A stretch of DNA of 46,857 bases from an uncultured bacterium (GCA_964522035.1 CAZFUG010000003.1:1-46857), one strand, 5' to 3'. Positions 30,486 to 40,042 are shown, numbered from the stretch's first letter. Numbers and translations: made by a program. The notes: generated by a model from the letters alone, not told the origin.

Positions 30486-33383
30486 TCAATAATCCGGGCG
30501 GCGGCTGAGAATCATGAGGCTGTAGTCATCCTGCGGTGGCTGATTCTGGCGCCACAGGCAGTTGGCGGCCATTATCCGCTCATAGAACTGCTGGCTGCCA
30601 GTGCAGTGGTTTTCGCGCAGCAGGTTTTTAAACTTTTCATATCCGAGCTCTTCGCCATGATCATTTCGCGATTCGACCAAGCCATCGGTATAAAGAACGA
30701 TTGCATCGCCGGGCTCAAGATTTACCTCGCACTGACTGAACTTCGCATTTTTGAACGAGCCAAGAGCAGCACCGGGAACGGTAAGTTCTTCAACGGTTCT
30801 GCCTTGCATTCTGACGATATAAGGGTTACAGCCACCGGCGTTTGAGAAAACGACCTTGTGTTCGCGGGTGTCGACCATAACATACTGAAAGGTCATGATT
30901 TTTTTCTGCTTCTTGCTTTTGGTGCGATAGATCAGATCATGCAGACGGTTGAGAAGTTCGGCCGGCCGATCGAGAAGTTCGGTGGAATTAAGCATCGCAG
31001 ACTTGGCCATCGCCATAATCATGGCGGCTCCGACCCCATGCCCGGCGACATCGCCAAGCACCGTCACGAACTTTTCATCGTTGAGCTGAAAAGTGTCGAG
31101 ATAATCGCCACCAAGGTCGGCCATGGTGAGGGTCCTGCAAAAAAGGTCATAATGGCCGGTTTCGACCTGCTGCTTCGGAAAAAGCTGCTGCTGAACATCG
31201 CGAGCCAGACTCATTTCCTGAAGATCGGCGAGAGCGCTGTTGAATACGCGGGCCATTCTGCCGAATTCATCTTTGCCAGACCACGGAATTCTGAAGGCGA
31301 AGTTGCGGCTTCTGATCGCTTCGGTGCCGGTCTGAAGCAGATTGACAGGTCTGATGAGTGTCTGCACAAAAATCAGCGTGATCCCGGCTACGAGAAGGAT
31401 GTTTATCAGCATGATGCCGAAAAGCTGTCGCTTTTCAATACTGAGAAGTCTTTCAATTTCATCGACAGGAGACAGCGCAATCAAACTGTTATCGCCAATG
31501 ACATTGCTGACAAACCCGGCAGATACCCAGGTCTGACCGTCGAGCTCAATCAGTTCAGCCTGCGGTTGCGGAAATGAAGTTAACCTGGCAAACAGTTCCC
31601 TTAATTTCAGCCTTTCGGTAAATGGCGCTATTTCTAGATTTTTGAGGTTCTGCCCTTGAGAATAAACAACTTTGATACCGTGGGTATTTCTTTGAAAAAC
31701 AGAATGCATGCTGGTCATATAATTTCTGGCATGAGCACCCTGATTGAAATGAAACATAAACAGGTAATCAGCCAGATTTTCAGGATTGAAAGAGAGAAAA
31801 TGCATAAAGGTCGGGTGTTTTTCTGTTCCCATGCCGATGTGCTCAACATTTTCGAGAAGCCTGAGAAACTTATGAAAAGTCGCATGCAACTTCGACTGGA
31901 AAATAGCCTCGATAATAAGTTCAACTTCGGTAAGCACCTGCTCTGCGAGGCTGCTGCCGTTATAAAAAGCAATAAAGGCAGACCCGCACTTGCACATGGT
32001 CTGATTGAGTTTAACCCGGTCTAGTTGGCTTTTATCAGCCGTTTCAACAAACTCTAGTGATAATTCACTAGATGGAACTAGAGCTTCGATGGCAAAAGCC
32101 TTATCTTTACCCATGAACACGACATCACTGATTGAAGGGTATGTAGTGCTCGCCACAATCATAAATTTACCTTCAACCCTGGCTATGCTCTTTCTGAAAT
32201 CAAGGGTATTTTCAGGCGACAGGGGCTCATGGCGAATTATTTCGCCCAATTGGTCTATCTGCTGAATAGCAAAGTTCTTGATTTTGTGGGTCGCGGCAAT
32301 GAATTCACCCTCGATCTGCCGCAAAAACTTCACGGATTCGCCGCGGCGCTCATCGATGAGTATCTGGCGCTTCTGTTCGATGTATTGCTGCCCAAGAATA
32401 CCCATGATAAGCAGCGGAAAAACATTCGAACAGGTGATGATAGCAATGACGACATATCTTATACTGATACCGACATGCAGCTTTTCATGCAGAATGCGGT
32501 TAAAGACCAGGGTCCAGAAAAAAGCCAGAACCACCGAAAAAAGCAGAGTATTGCGGCCGGAAGAATCTTTATCGGTTGCTTTGAAAAGACAAAAAAACAG
32601 GTCTTTGTCGACAAATCTACCTGTGTAAATACCCACGGCGTCCTTTAAAACCTCAGGAGCCTTAAGTGAAAAAGAATTTCTCAGCTGCAGAAGCTTGTCG
32701 GAGGTCTGCTCAGGCATATTCGAAAAGAAGAAATCATCTTTGCCAATAACAACGCCGCTGCCTTGCAGATCGAAGTTGTTGAGAAACTCTTTTATTCCGT
32801 GATTTTTCTTTTCTATTCCCGGCGGAAAAAGAACTAGCGCACCCGATTTTTCGTTGAAGTCAGCCCAGAAACTGCCGGCCGGGCGAAAAAATGAAAGACG
32901 GTTGAGAGACGGGTTATTTCTGAACGTTGCCCGACCAAAGGTTTTTGTCTGAAGATGTTCTCCGAGAACCGAGCGAACAAAGCTGTCGTCAGATTTATCC
33001 AGATCAAAAAACCAGGCTTTTGATGCCTCTCTAAGAATCTTTCCAACCCTGTGCCAGTTTTTATAAGAATATTGACTATCGATTTTTTTGGCAACAACCT
33101 GGCTGTCAGCATTCCATAAAACCCAGCGAATATTTTCGCGGTGCTTTTCTGCAAGCATTTTCAGGCTGGCGGCAAATTTATCAATGCTTTCCGCTGAGGC
33201 AAAATGGCGGTTCAGCTCGTGACACCAGAATTCAGAATTTTCAGAATATGATTCAAGTTGCTGAGCTGCACTGTCTACGAGATTGCCGAATGCCCGCAGT
33301 TCGACCTCCGCATTCTGTTCGGCAAAAAATGCATTTATCAGCCAAAAAGCCATTACCGGCATCAAAAACCCGATAAAGATCAT
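30486..33383 (-). CDS. Membrane sensor PP2C phosphatase (double extracytoplasmic domain - HAMP - SpoIIE/RsbU-type PP2C), 965 aa
   Basis: Four predicted TM segments and a HAMP-like linker after LFGIMLINILLVAGITLIFVQTLI. PP2C motifs are GGDYLD, LGDVAGHGVGAAM, FSNAGGCNPY and LYTDGLVE. Confidence 0.85.
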   Translation of the reverse strand: MIFIGFLMPVMAFWLINAFFAEQNAEVELRAFGNLVDSAAQQLESYSENSEFWCHELNRHFASAESIDKFAASLKMLAEKHRENIRWVLWNADSQVVAKKIDSQYSYKNWHRVGKILREASKAWFFDLDKSDDSFVRSVLGEHLQTKTFGRATFRNNPSLNRLSFFRPAGSFWADFNEKSGALVLFPPGIEKKNHGIKEFLNNFDLQGSGVVIGKDDFFFSNMPEQTSDKLLQLRNSFSLKAPEVLKDAVGIYTGRFVDKDLFFCLFKATDKDSSGRNTLLFSVVLAFFWTLVFNRILHEKLHVGISIRYVVIAIITCSNVFPLLIMGILGQQYIEQKRQILIDERRGESVKFLRQIEGEFIAATHKIKNFAIQQIDQLGEIIRHEPLSPENTLDFRKSIARVEGKFMIVASTTYPSISDVVFMGKDKAFAIEALVPSSELSLEFVETADKSQLDRVKLNQTMCKCGSAFIAFYNGSSLAEQVLTEVELIIEAIFQSKLHATFHKFLRLLENVEHIGMGTEKHPTFMHFLSFNPENLADYLFMFHFNQGAHARNYMTSMHSVFQRNTHGIKVVYSQGQNLKNLEIAPFTERLKLRELFARLTSFPQPQAELIELDGQTWVSAGFVSNVIGDNSLIALSPVDEIERLLSIEKRQLFGIMLINILLVAGITLIFVQTLIRPVNLLQTGTEAIRSRNFAFRIPWSGKDEFGRMARVFNSALADLQEMSLARDVQQQLFPKQQVETGHYDLFCRTLTMADLGGDYLDTFQLNDEKFVTVLGDVAGHGVGAAMIMAMAKSAMLNSTELLDRPAELLNRLHDLIYRTKSKKQKKIMTFQYVMVDTREHKVVFSNAGGCNPYIVRMQGRTVEELTVPGAALGSFKNAKFSQCEVNLEPGDAIVLYTDGLVESRNDHGEELGYEKFKNLLRENHCTGSQQFYERIMAANCLWRQNQPPQDDYSLMILSRRPDY

Positions 33384-33421
33384 CGAGCTGATGAATCGGT
33401 ATGATGAATTGTGATTTTTAT

Positions 33422-35587
33422 TTATGAGCTTTTTCCGTGTCTGATAAGAACAAAGCTGATGTCATCCTGCTGCGAAGCAGCCCAGCTGTCGAACGCTCTG
33501 AAAAGGTTTTCAAGAAAAACTTCAGGGTTCTCGCTCCATGCCTTCATGGCAGCATGCTTGAAGCCATCCATACCGAGTATCTCGCGGTTGGCATTGACGC
33601 ACTCAAGAATCCCATCAGAATAGAGAAGTATGGTTTCGCCCGGCTGCAGTGCCACGGACATGCCGGCAAACTTTCGCTTTGCCGAAAATCCATACGGCAA
33701 AGATTGAAATTCAAGCAACCTTGTTGTGTTGCCACCTTCAGAGATGATAAGAGGCGGGCAATGCCCGGCATTGAAAAAGCTGACCGCATGTTCATGGTTA
33801 ATATGAACGACCTGCCCGGTCATCATGGTACTGATTTCGGCTTTTCTCAGCGTGCAGAAAGTCCGGTTCAGCCCTTCCATAAGCTTTTCAGGTTCGAGCC
33901 TGGACGCATTGTTCAACAGCAAAACACTCTTGGCCATAGCCATCAAAAGGCCGGCCTGGACTCCATGCCCGGCCACATCAGCCATCAGAACCGTCAAATT
34001 GTTTTCGGCATCGACGACAAAGTCGAAGTAATCACCGCCAAGCGTTGTCATTATGCGGGTTTTGGCAACAATAGAGAATGGACCGAAAGCAAGCGATTGC
34101 TGCGGAAGCAGGCTTTCCTGAACAGTTCTGGCAATTTCGAGTTCCTGCAGGTTTTCGAGAGAACTATCTATCGATTTGCCAAGTTGCCCAAACTCGTTGT
34201 CGAAAGGCATATCGATGCGATATGAATAGTTTCTCTGTTTAACCATCTCAACCCCTTCTGCCAGGGCATTTATCGGTAAAATCAGGTAATAACCGAGAAC
34301 CTGAAAAAGGCTTAATGTCATCAGCAGGCTCAAACCAGCCATGACCCAGAGATTCTTTCTGAAGCGCCCGATCTCATGGTTCAGAATTTCGCTGTCGACA
34401 ACGACTGCCATGATGGCTGAATTAACATTGGTACCGCCCTGACCGAATACCAGATAGGTTCTGCCATCCTGGCCTGTGAGCTTCTGCTGCGACGGGCCAT
34501 GCTGCAAAACCTTCTCAAAAAATGGCCTTAACCCGGGCAAATTGCCAGACTCCGGAAAAGTTTTTCCCATATCCGGCATTGCGAAAAAGAACTGCTTTTG
34601 CTTTGCTGCGCTCGAAGCAGCAATCACACTGTTGAGATATTCACAATGCATCTGCTTCTCAGGCCAGAAAAGCTGCATAAGATATGCATATTCACCCGTT
34701 CCGGATTTTCTCAGGGTATTCAGATATGACAGATAGGTCGTATTCGCCAGAGTGAAAGGCATCAGTTTCTGATGATTCTCTGAAAAGCTTCGGGCAAAGC
34801 CATTTGCAATACCATCATCAGGGTTATACTGGTTTTTGGCATTGCAGTTGAGATAGGTCAGCAGCTCACGGGCCGCGGTTTTTCTCAAAAAGTCATCTTT
34901 GATCGTCTTTGCATAGGCGGCTTTTAGCAGATCCCCGCCGGAAGCGTCAGAAAAAACGAAGGTATCGGGTTTGAATCTGGCATTAACAGAGGCTGCAGTT
35001 GCTGCGAGAGAAGCAGCTGCAAAACTTTCAGCCCCTCGAGGGAAAAGGCCGGCGAAAGTCTGGTTCAGTTGACGGGCTTTCACGTGCAAAAAGCCTCTGA
35101 ACTGATTATCGATAGAAGTCAGATACTGAAATGCCTCGACCGATTTTTCGGTAACGACCTGCTTTTCTTTCTGCTTCAGGTAATCAAAGCTGACGACCGT
35201 AAAAACCAGAGCCGGAATAAAAGCAATATAGGCAAAAATGGCTATGAGCCTTGATTTAACCGAGTGCAGCGGGTTCGCATGCACCATAAAATAGCAGTAG
35301 AGAATGAACGTAACCAGCGCAAAGCATGCCAAAATTCTGGCCATGAAACGACCGGTCGTCGCTGAAACACTTGCGAAAAGGCCGCGCTGCAGCACCGCTG
35401 CAACCCACCATCTCTGGTTGAGTTTCTGATAGTTGAAGTAATCGCCTGCAGATTCAAGCTGTTCAGGCGGCACCAGCCGGCGAAACTTGCCGAAATTCAG
35501 AAAAACCCGGCTGTTCAGAGGTGCAGTCTGCGGCGGAACCAGATTTTGCTTCTGTTCATCGATGAGAATAAAGTCGATACCCGGCAT
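33422..35587 (-). CDS. Membrane HAMP-PP2C (SpoIIE-type) phosphatase; C-terminal 721-aa part of a paralog split by an in-frame TAG
   Basis: PP2C motifs GGDYFD, MADVAGHGVQAGL, FFNAGHCPP and LYSDGILE. It is colinear with residues ~205-965 of the 965-aa neighbour. Confidence 0.85.
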   Translation of the reverse strand: MPGIDFILIDEQKQNLVPPQTAPLNSRVFLNFGKFRRLVPPEQLESAGDYFNYQKLNQRWWVAAVLQRGLFASVSATTGRFMARILACFALVTFILYCYFMVHANPLHSVKSRLIAIFAYIAFIPALVFTVVSFDYLKQKEKQVVTEKSVEAFQYLTSIDNQFRGFLHVKARQLNQTFAGLFPRGAESFAAASLAATAASVNARFKPDTFVFSDASGGDLLKAAYAKTIKDDFLRKTAARELLTYLNCNAKNQYNPDDGIANGFARSFSENHQKLMPFTLANTTYLSYLNTLRKSGTGEYAYLMQLFWPEKQMHCEYLNSVIAASSAAKQKQFFFAMPDMGKTFPESGNLPGLRPFFEKVLQHGPSQQKLTGQDGRTYLVFGQGGTNVNSAIMAVVVDSEILNHEIGRFRKNLWVMAGLSLLMTLSLFQVLGYYLILPINALAEGVEMVKQRNYSYRIDMPFDNEFGQLGKSIDSSLENLQELEIARTVQESLLPQQSLAFGPFSIVAKTRIMTTLGGDYFDFVVDAENNLTVLMADVAGHGVQAGLLMAMAKSVLLLNNASRLEPEKLMEGLNRTFCTLRKAEISTMMTGQVVHINHEHAVSFFNAGHCPPLIISEGGNTTRLLEFQSLPYGFSAKRKFAGMSVALQPGETILLYSDGILECVNANREILGMDGFKHAAMKAWSENPEVFLENLFRAFDSWAASQQDDISFVLIRHGKSS

Positions 35588-35599
35588 TCTGCCCTTCAG

Positions 35600-36331
35600 C
35601 TATTTCTGCAGAAAATCGGGGCCGCTAAGTCGACCTCTGATCTTATCCGAAATATAAACAAGAACCGAGAAGTCATCGCAAGCTGAATACCAGCCAAGAA
35701 CTCTGTCGCCACGGGCATGCAGTTGAAAACAGCCGGCAGAGGCATCATTGACAAAAGGTTTAACCAGAACCTCCGGGGTGGCAAACGGCCCCAGAAACTG
35801 CCTGAGCAGGCGCATATCACCGGCAAATTTTTCGTTGAAACCGTCTTCGATATACGCACCGGCGATGGTTTCGCGCCTGATGGTTCCGAGAAAAACATTC
35901 AACTTTTTTGCAAGAAAGCTGAAACGCGTGTCATCAGAAGCTGAGGTCATCAGATTGCCGCTTTTATCCCAGAAAATGAATGTAAAGGTCTCGGGAAAAA
36001 GCTTTTTAAGCATCTGTGACCGCCCGGCAACCCAGGATTCCGTGTCTTTCCGGGTCGCTTCGGCGGCAAAACTTTTCTGCAGCAGCAGATGGAAAAATCT
36101 CGCATCATCTGCATATTCGCTGAATCTGAGCAGCTGCCGGCCGGTTTTGTCAAAAATTTCGCTGCGCCGGTCAGCAATTTCGAGTGCGAAAAACCTTTCC
36201 ATTTCAACATAAAGAATGATGAATGGAAAGATAATCAGACAAACATAAAGCACAACCCTCGTTATCGAGTATTCTGTGCTGTCGACAGACTTTGCACAAA
36301 CAGACATGCCCTGAGTATAAACAAAGCCCAC
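35600..36331 (-). CDS. N-terminal TM + extracytoplasmic sensor-domain fragment of the split PP2C paralog (243 aa)
   Basis: It is colinear with residues ~1-205 of the 965-aa paralog (FFALEIAD/FFAEQNAE, FTFIFWDKSGNLMTS/IRWVLWNADSQVVAK). It ends at TAG 35600-35602, in frame with the ATG at 35587. The start is uncertain: GTG 36331 or ATG 36307. Confidence 0.6.
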   Translation of the reverse strand: MGFVYTQGMSVCAKSVDSTEYSITRVVLYVCLIIFPFIILYVEMERFFALEIADRRSEIFDKTGRQLLRFSEYADDARFFHLLLQKSFAAEATRKDTESWVAGRSQMLKKLFPETFTFIFWDKSGNLMTSASDDTRFSFLAKKLNVFLGTIRRETIAGAYIEDGFNEKFAGDMRLLRQFLGPFATPEVLVKPFVNDASAGCFQLHARGDRVLGWYSACDDFSVLVYISDKIRGRLSGPDFLQK

Positions 36332-36567
36332 GGCAATCTCAAAACAATTTTCGGCCGGCAGAAAATTTCTGCAATGCTGAATTTCCGCAAAACAATCGCA
36401 CTTATTGATTACTGCATAAACAAAATTAAATCGGTTCGTCGGCCCAGTCTATCAGTCGGACCTATTTTTAAAGACGATTCTGCTTTTTATTTGCAGTTGC
36501 TAATAAATGCAGTGTCCACTATCCAGACAAGATGCCCATCTGTAATCCTTCCGGACACAAATGCTGG

Positions 36568-36583
36568 AGTGAAAAAATTCACA
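36568..36583. promoter_or_regulatory. CRP/FNR-family-type site AGTGAAAAAATTCACA (= TGTGAATTTTTTCACT on the other strand)
   Basis: TGTGA-N6-TCAC architecture. It is an exact reverse complement of the 16-mer at 42806-42821. It lies in the divergent region between the PP2C operon and the 36727 gene. Confidence 0.5.
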
Positions 36584-36726
36584 TGTATTATTCAGGCTTC
36601 AGAACCTGAATACAGAGTGTTAATGCGATTCCCCTGGCAATATCTGTGAATACTTTTTCATGTCGGGGCAGGTATGTTAAACTCAAACCTGTCTGTTGCT
36701 ATTATTTTCGCCTGCGAGGCAGAAAA

Positions 36727-37404
36727 ATGTCTGAAAAAAAAGCGTTCAACAACGCCGGTTTCATAAAAATCGGTCTGCTTCTGATACTGGCCGTGATTGT
36801 CGTAACCGTTTTCGTCGCGGTGCGTGGGCTGCAGACTTTCAGATGGGGCATGGCAGAATGTCTGCGCTGGCAAGGCGAAAGCCTCTCTGAGCGTTTTTTT
36901 GTCACTGACGAAGCCAGCAGGCAGCTTGTAGCCATGACCGGCGAGTTCGCCCGGCAGATCGAATCGGGCGCGGTTTCGCCACTGAAAGGCTTTACAGTTC
37001 TGCGAGCCTTTTACAACGGGCCACTGCTGCTGACTCTTTTACACACAAGCCTTACCCAAAGCCTGCATGCAACTGAAATGCCCGACGGCACCAACACCGA
37101 AGAGCTAGCCAACACCTCTCTGCGATTTTTCTTCGCCGCAAAGCAGGGAAAAATAGCATTGCCGGCGCAGAAAGAAATTATCGACATGCTGATGGAAAAA
37201 CGCGTCGTCGAAACCCCCTCTGCGCTCGGGCTTGCAATTCCTGAGCAGACCGAGTCTTTCAGAAAAAGGCTCAGTCAGAGCACCATGCTCAGCTGTCTCA
37301 AACGCATGGGCGAAATCAGCAGTGACACTGCCGCGCTTTCCCCCGACGCCATTCTCGACCCGGCGGTTGAACTCAAGCAAATCCTGGCAGCAACGCTGCT
37401 TTGA
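36727..37404 (+). CDS. Membrane-anchored hypothetical protein
   Basis: I prefer the start at ATG 36727 (MSEKKAFNNAGFIKIGLLLILAVIVVTVFVAV, one TM) with GAGG upstream. The track ORF starts at 36646. I recognise no family. Confidence 0.55.
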   Translation: MSEKKAFNNAGFIKIGLLLILAVIVVTVFVAVRGLQTFRWGMAECLRWQGESLSERFFVTDEASRQLVAMTGEFARQIESGAVSPLKGFTVLRAFYNGPLLLTLLHTSLTQSLHATEMPDGTNTEELANTSLRFFFAAKQGKIALPAQKEIIDMLMEKRVVETPSALGLAIPEQTESFRKRLSQSTMLSCLKRMGEISSDTAALSPDAILDPAVELKQILAATLL

Positions 37405-37417
37405 GCCAATAGAAACC

Positions 37418-38137
37418 ATGCGCAAAAATCACCTTATCGCAGCTGTAATTGCCATAACAGTTTTGTTGTCAGGCATCTGGCAATTGTCGAAAATGCGCGA
37501 TTTTCAGCTGTTCGGGAAACTGCTGACGCGGGTCGACTGCCCTGCCAAAGTTGTTGCCCTCACCTTCGACGACGGCCCAACCCGCGAATATACCGACACT
37601 GTTCTGGCGACTCTCGCAAAGCATGCGGTAAAAGCCACTTTTTTCGTAACCGGCGGTGAAGTTGAAAAAAACCTGGCAGAAGCCGGGCGTATTGCGTCAG
37701 CCGGGCACGAACTCGGCAATCATTCATACTCGCATGCACGCATGATTTTCAAGCTGCCTTCAACTGTAAAAGACGAAATTGAAAAAACCGATGCTGCCAT
37801 TCGAAAAGCCGGTTACAGCGGGCAGATACATTTTCGCCCGCCCTACGGCAAGAAGCTGCTGATTCTGCCATGGTATCTTCAGAAAGCCGGAAAAACCACA
37901 ATCATGTGGGATATCGAACCGGACACTTTTGCTGAAACAGCAGTTTCGGCCGAAGCGATTTCCGATCACATCATGCAGCGGGTGCGCCCCGGGTCGATAA
38001 TTCTGCTGCACGTTATGTATGCAAGCCGCGAAGAATCAAGAAAAGCTCTGGAACTTGTCATTCCCAGGCTGAAAAAGGAAGGTTTCGCGTTTGCAACGGT
38101 TTCAGAACTGATAAAGCACACCGAAGCTCTGAATTAA
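37418..38137 (+). CDS. Polysaccharide deacetylase (NodB-homology / CE4) with N-terminal membrane anchor
   Basis: NodB motifs VALTFDDGP, HELGNHSYSH, FRPPYG and IILLH. I prefer the start at ATG 37418 (MRKNHLIAAVIAITVLL), because the track ORF start at 37232 overlaps the previous gene. Confidence 0.85.
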   Translation: MRKNHLIAAVIAITVLLSGIWQLSKMRDFQLFGKLLTRVDCPAKVVALTFDDGPTREYTDTVLATLAKHAVKATFFVTGGEVEKNLAEAGRIASAGHELGNHSYSHARMIFKLPSTVKDEIEKTDAAIRKAGYSGQIHFRPPYGKKLLILPWYLQKAGKTTIMWDIEPDTFAETAVSAEAISDHIMQRVRPGSIILLHVMYASREESRKALELVIPRLKKEGFAFATVSELIKHTEALN

Positions 38138-38226
38138 CATTTCTTAATTTTTCCGGCTTAAACTTTTCAGGCGAATCTTCCGTTGATTAACTCAGCACAA
38201 GTTTTATCTGCACGGGAAAAGAGCCT

Positions 38227-38958
38227 ATGAAAAAAAACAGCCGAAGACTCTCCGCCCTGGTTGGGATTGTTACTTTAAAAGTGTTCTGCGCCGGCCTCGC
38301 ATTCGCAAACGGTCAGCTGCCCTGGTTAAGATTGTCGCCACGGCCAGTTAACGATATCTGGATAAATGGATCGCCATTCACTTTTTACCCGGTTTCGCCA
38401 CCGGCCTGGAGCAAGGCTTTGAACCCAGACGCGGGCCTGCAGACAGCAGAAAAGCCCGACACGCCCAGAAACGATAATGGTGGAATGCCTCGCCCGATGC
38501 AGCTTGCGCAGAGAATTCCCTACGTGCGGTCAATCATGGAAAGCAAGGATAGGTATCTGCACAGTCTTGACGAAAAACTGGATAACCCGGATGGCAGGCT
38601 GTTTTTTCCGATCATGAAAGGTTCTGAAGACCAGATGAACCGGCCGGCGCAAAGAGCGGCGGAAAACGAGAAAAATGACAAGCCCGATTCCACAGGCCAG
38701 AAATCAGAACGTGAAACCCAGGAAAGGTATTTCATCGGCTACCGCCTGAATCAACCCAGGAAGTCAGCCGACGAGAACTGGTATCTTGGCTTCGGCTGGA
38801 AAAGCGGCGAGGGCGGCAGAAAAGGTAAAATGTCCGGAAACAGGCGGGAAAAACAGACTGTTCTGAACCAGCCGGCGGAATCGGCTGATTCAGAAACAGG
38901 CAGTGCAGTAAAAACCGGCTACAATGGCCCGGTCATTGCCGTTGTCGGACAATTCTGA
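38227..38958 (+). CDS. Secreted hypothetical protein, low complexity, ending in ...VVGQF
   Basis: 243 aa with a signal peptide and a charged, low-complexity middle. The aromatic C-terminal residue is reminiscent of outer-membrane proteins. Confidence 0.45.
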   Translation: MKKNSRRLSALVGIVTLKVFCAGLAFANGQLPWLRLSPRPVNDIWINGSPFTFYPVSPPAWSKALNPDAGLQTAEKPDTPRNDNGGMPRPMQLAQRIPYVRSIMESKDRYLHSLDEKLDNPDGRLFFPIMKGSEDQMNRPAQRAAENEKNDKPDSTGQKSERETQERYFIGYRLNQPRKSADENWYLGFGWKSGEGGRKGKMSGNRREKQTVLNQPAESADSETGSAVKTGYNGPVIAVVGQF

Positions 38959-38987
38959 AAACGAAGTCCGCAGAAAAGTCAGGGCTA

Positions 38988-39953
38988 TCAGACCGGTGTC
39001 TGAAAAAGCACCCAGGTATAGACCGCATAGGAAGCCAGAAGGATTATTCCCTCGACTCTGGTAATTTTCAGACCGGTGCGCATGATCGGCAGACAGCCCA
39101 GGCAGACGATGAACATCACCGGGCAGTCGATATTGCCCATGTGTTCAGAAACCTGAAGCGGCAGAACCATGCCTGCGAGGCCAAGAATGCCGAGGATATT
39201 GAAGATATTCGAACCGACAACATTGCCAATGGCAATATCTGATTTGCCACGCATGGCTGCAACAACCGAGGTTGCCAGTTCGGGCAGCGAAGTTCCGGCC
39301 GCAATAAGGGTCAGACCGATCACTTCGTCAGAGATACCGGCAACCTTGGCTATGGCGACTGAACCGTGCAGCAGCAGTTTTGAGCCGGCAATCATTGCTA
39401 CAAGGCCGAAAAAAATCAGCCGTATTTCTGCAAAAAGAGTGGTTGGCTCGTCACCATCACTGCCTTCTTCGGCAGAGGGCTCAGTTCTCGCCTTGTAATA
39501 GCTGTAAACTGTGTAAACAATCAACAGAGAGAACAGAAGAGCCGCTTCAGGGCGAGAGATCATGCGGTCGAGCGACATGTACCACATCATGCCGGCCACG
39601 CCGATCATGACCGGCACATCGCGTCTGATAACCGACCGGCTGCACGAAATCGGCTGAATCAGCGCAGCAATACCGAGTATCAGGGCTATATTGAAAATAT
39701 TCGAGCCAACAACGTTACCGACCGCGATACCGGGGTTATTGTTTAAACTGGCGTCAACGCTGACGACGAATTCTGGCATCGAGGTGCCGAAAGCGACAAC
39801 CGTGAGGCCAATTACCAGAGATGAAACTCCCAGACGCTTCGCCAGATTCGAAGCGCCGCTTACCAGCCAGTCGGCAGCGACCGTGAGAAGGTAAAGCCCG
39901 GCACCGATCATGGCGGCAATTTCAAAATATCCGAGTTCGAGTTTGAAAAGCAT
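38988..39953 (-). CDS. Ca2+/Na+ antiporter (CaCA family, YrbG-like)
   Basis: 321 aa, polytopic. It has duplicated alpha-repeat motifs GLTVVAFGTSMPEF and GLTLIAAGTSLPEL plus two GNVVGSNIFNI blocks. SD AAGGAAA. Confidence 0.9.
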   Translation of the reverse strand: MLFKLELGYFEIAAMIGAGLYLLTVAADWLVSGASNLAKRLGVSSLVIGLTVVAFGTSMPEFVVSVDASLNNNPGIAVGNVVGSNIFNIALILGIAALIQPISCSRSVIRRDVPVMIGVAGMMWYMSLDRMISRPEAALLFSLLIVYTVYSYYKARTEPSAEEGSDGDEPTTLFAEIRLIFFGLVAMIAGSKLLLHGSVAIAKVAGISDEVIGLTLIAAGTSLPELATSVVAAMRGKSDIAIGNVVGSNIFNILGILGLAGMVLPLQVSEHMGNIDCPVMFIVCLGCLPIMRTGLKITRVEGIILLASYAVYTWVLFQTPV

Positions 39954-40042
39954 GCTGTTTCCTTTTTCTTTGATTCATGCGGTTAATGGCGGGCGAGCTG
40001 CAAAATTCAGCCCACCCGCCGGGCGCAACAAGCAGATTGGGT

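Noticed and set aside
35600-35602. Genome-wide reassignment of TAG to a sense codon as the explanation for the split PP2C gene.
   Set aside because: The 5,680-aa ORF and all other long ORFs in the window contain no in-frame TAG. That would be unlikely if TAG were a regularly used sense codon. Local mutation, error or site-specific read-through is more parsimonious, but this cannot be excluded without the whole genome.
36646-37417. Longer N-terminal extensions offered by the ORF track for the 36727 and 37418 genes (starts at 36646 and 37232).
   Set aside because: The extensions are Arg/Cys/Ser-rich nonsense, or they overlap the preceding gene. The internal ATGs are followed at once by a TM or signal segment, and 36727 has an upstream GAGG.
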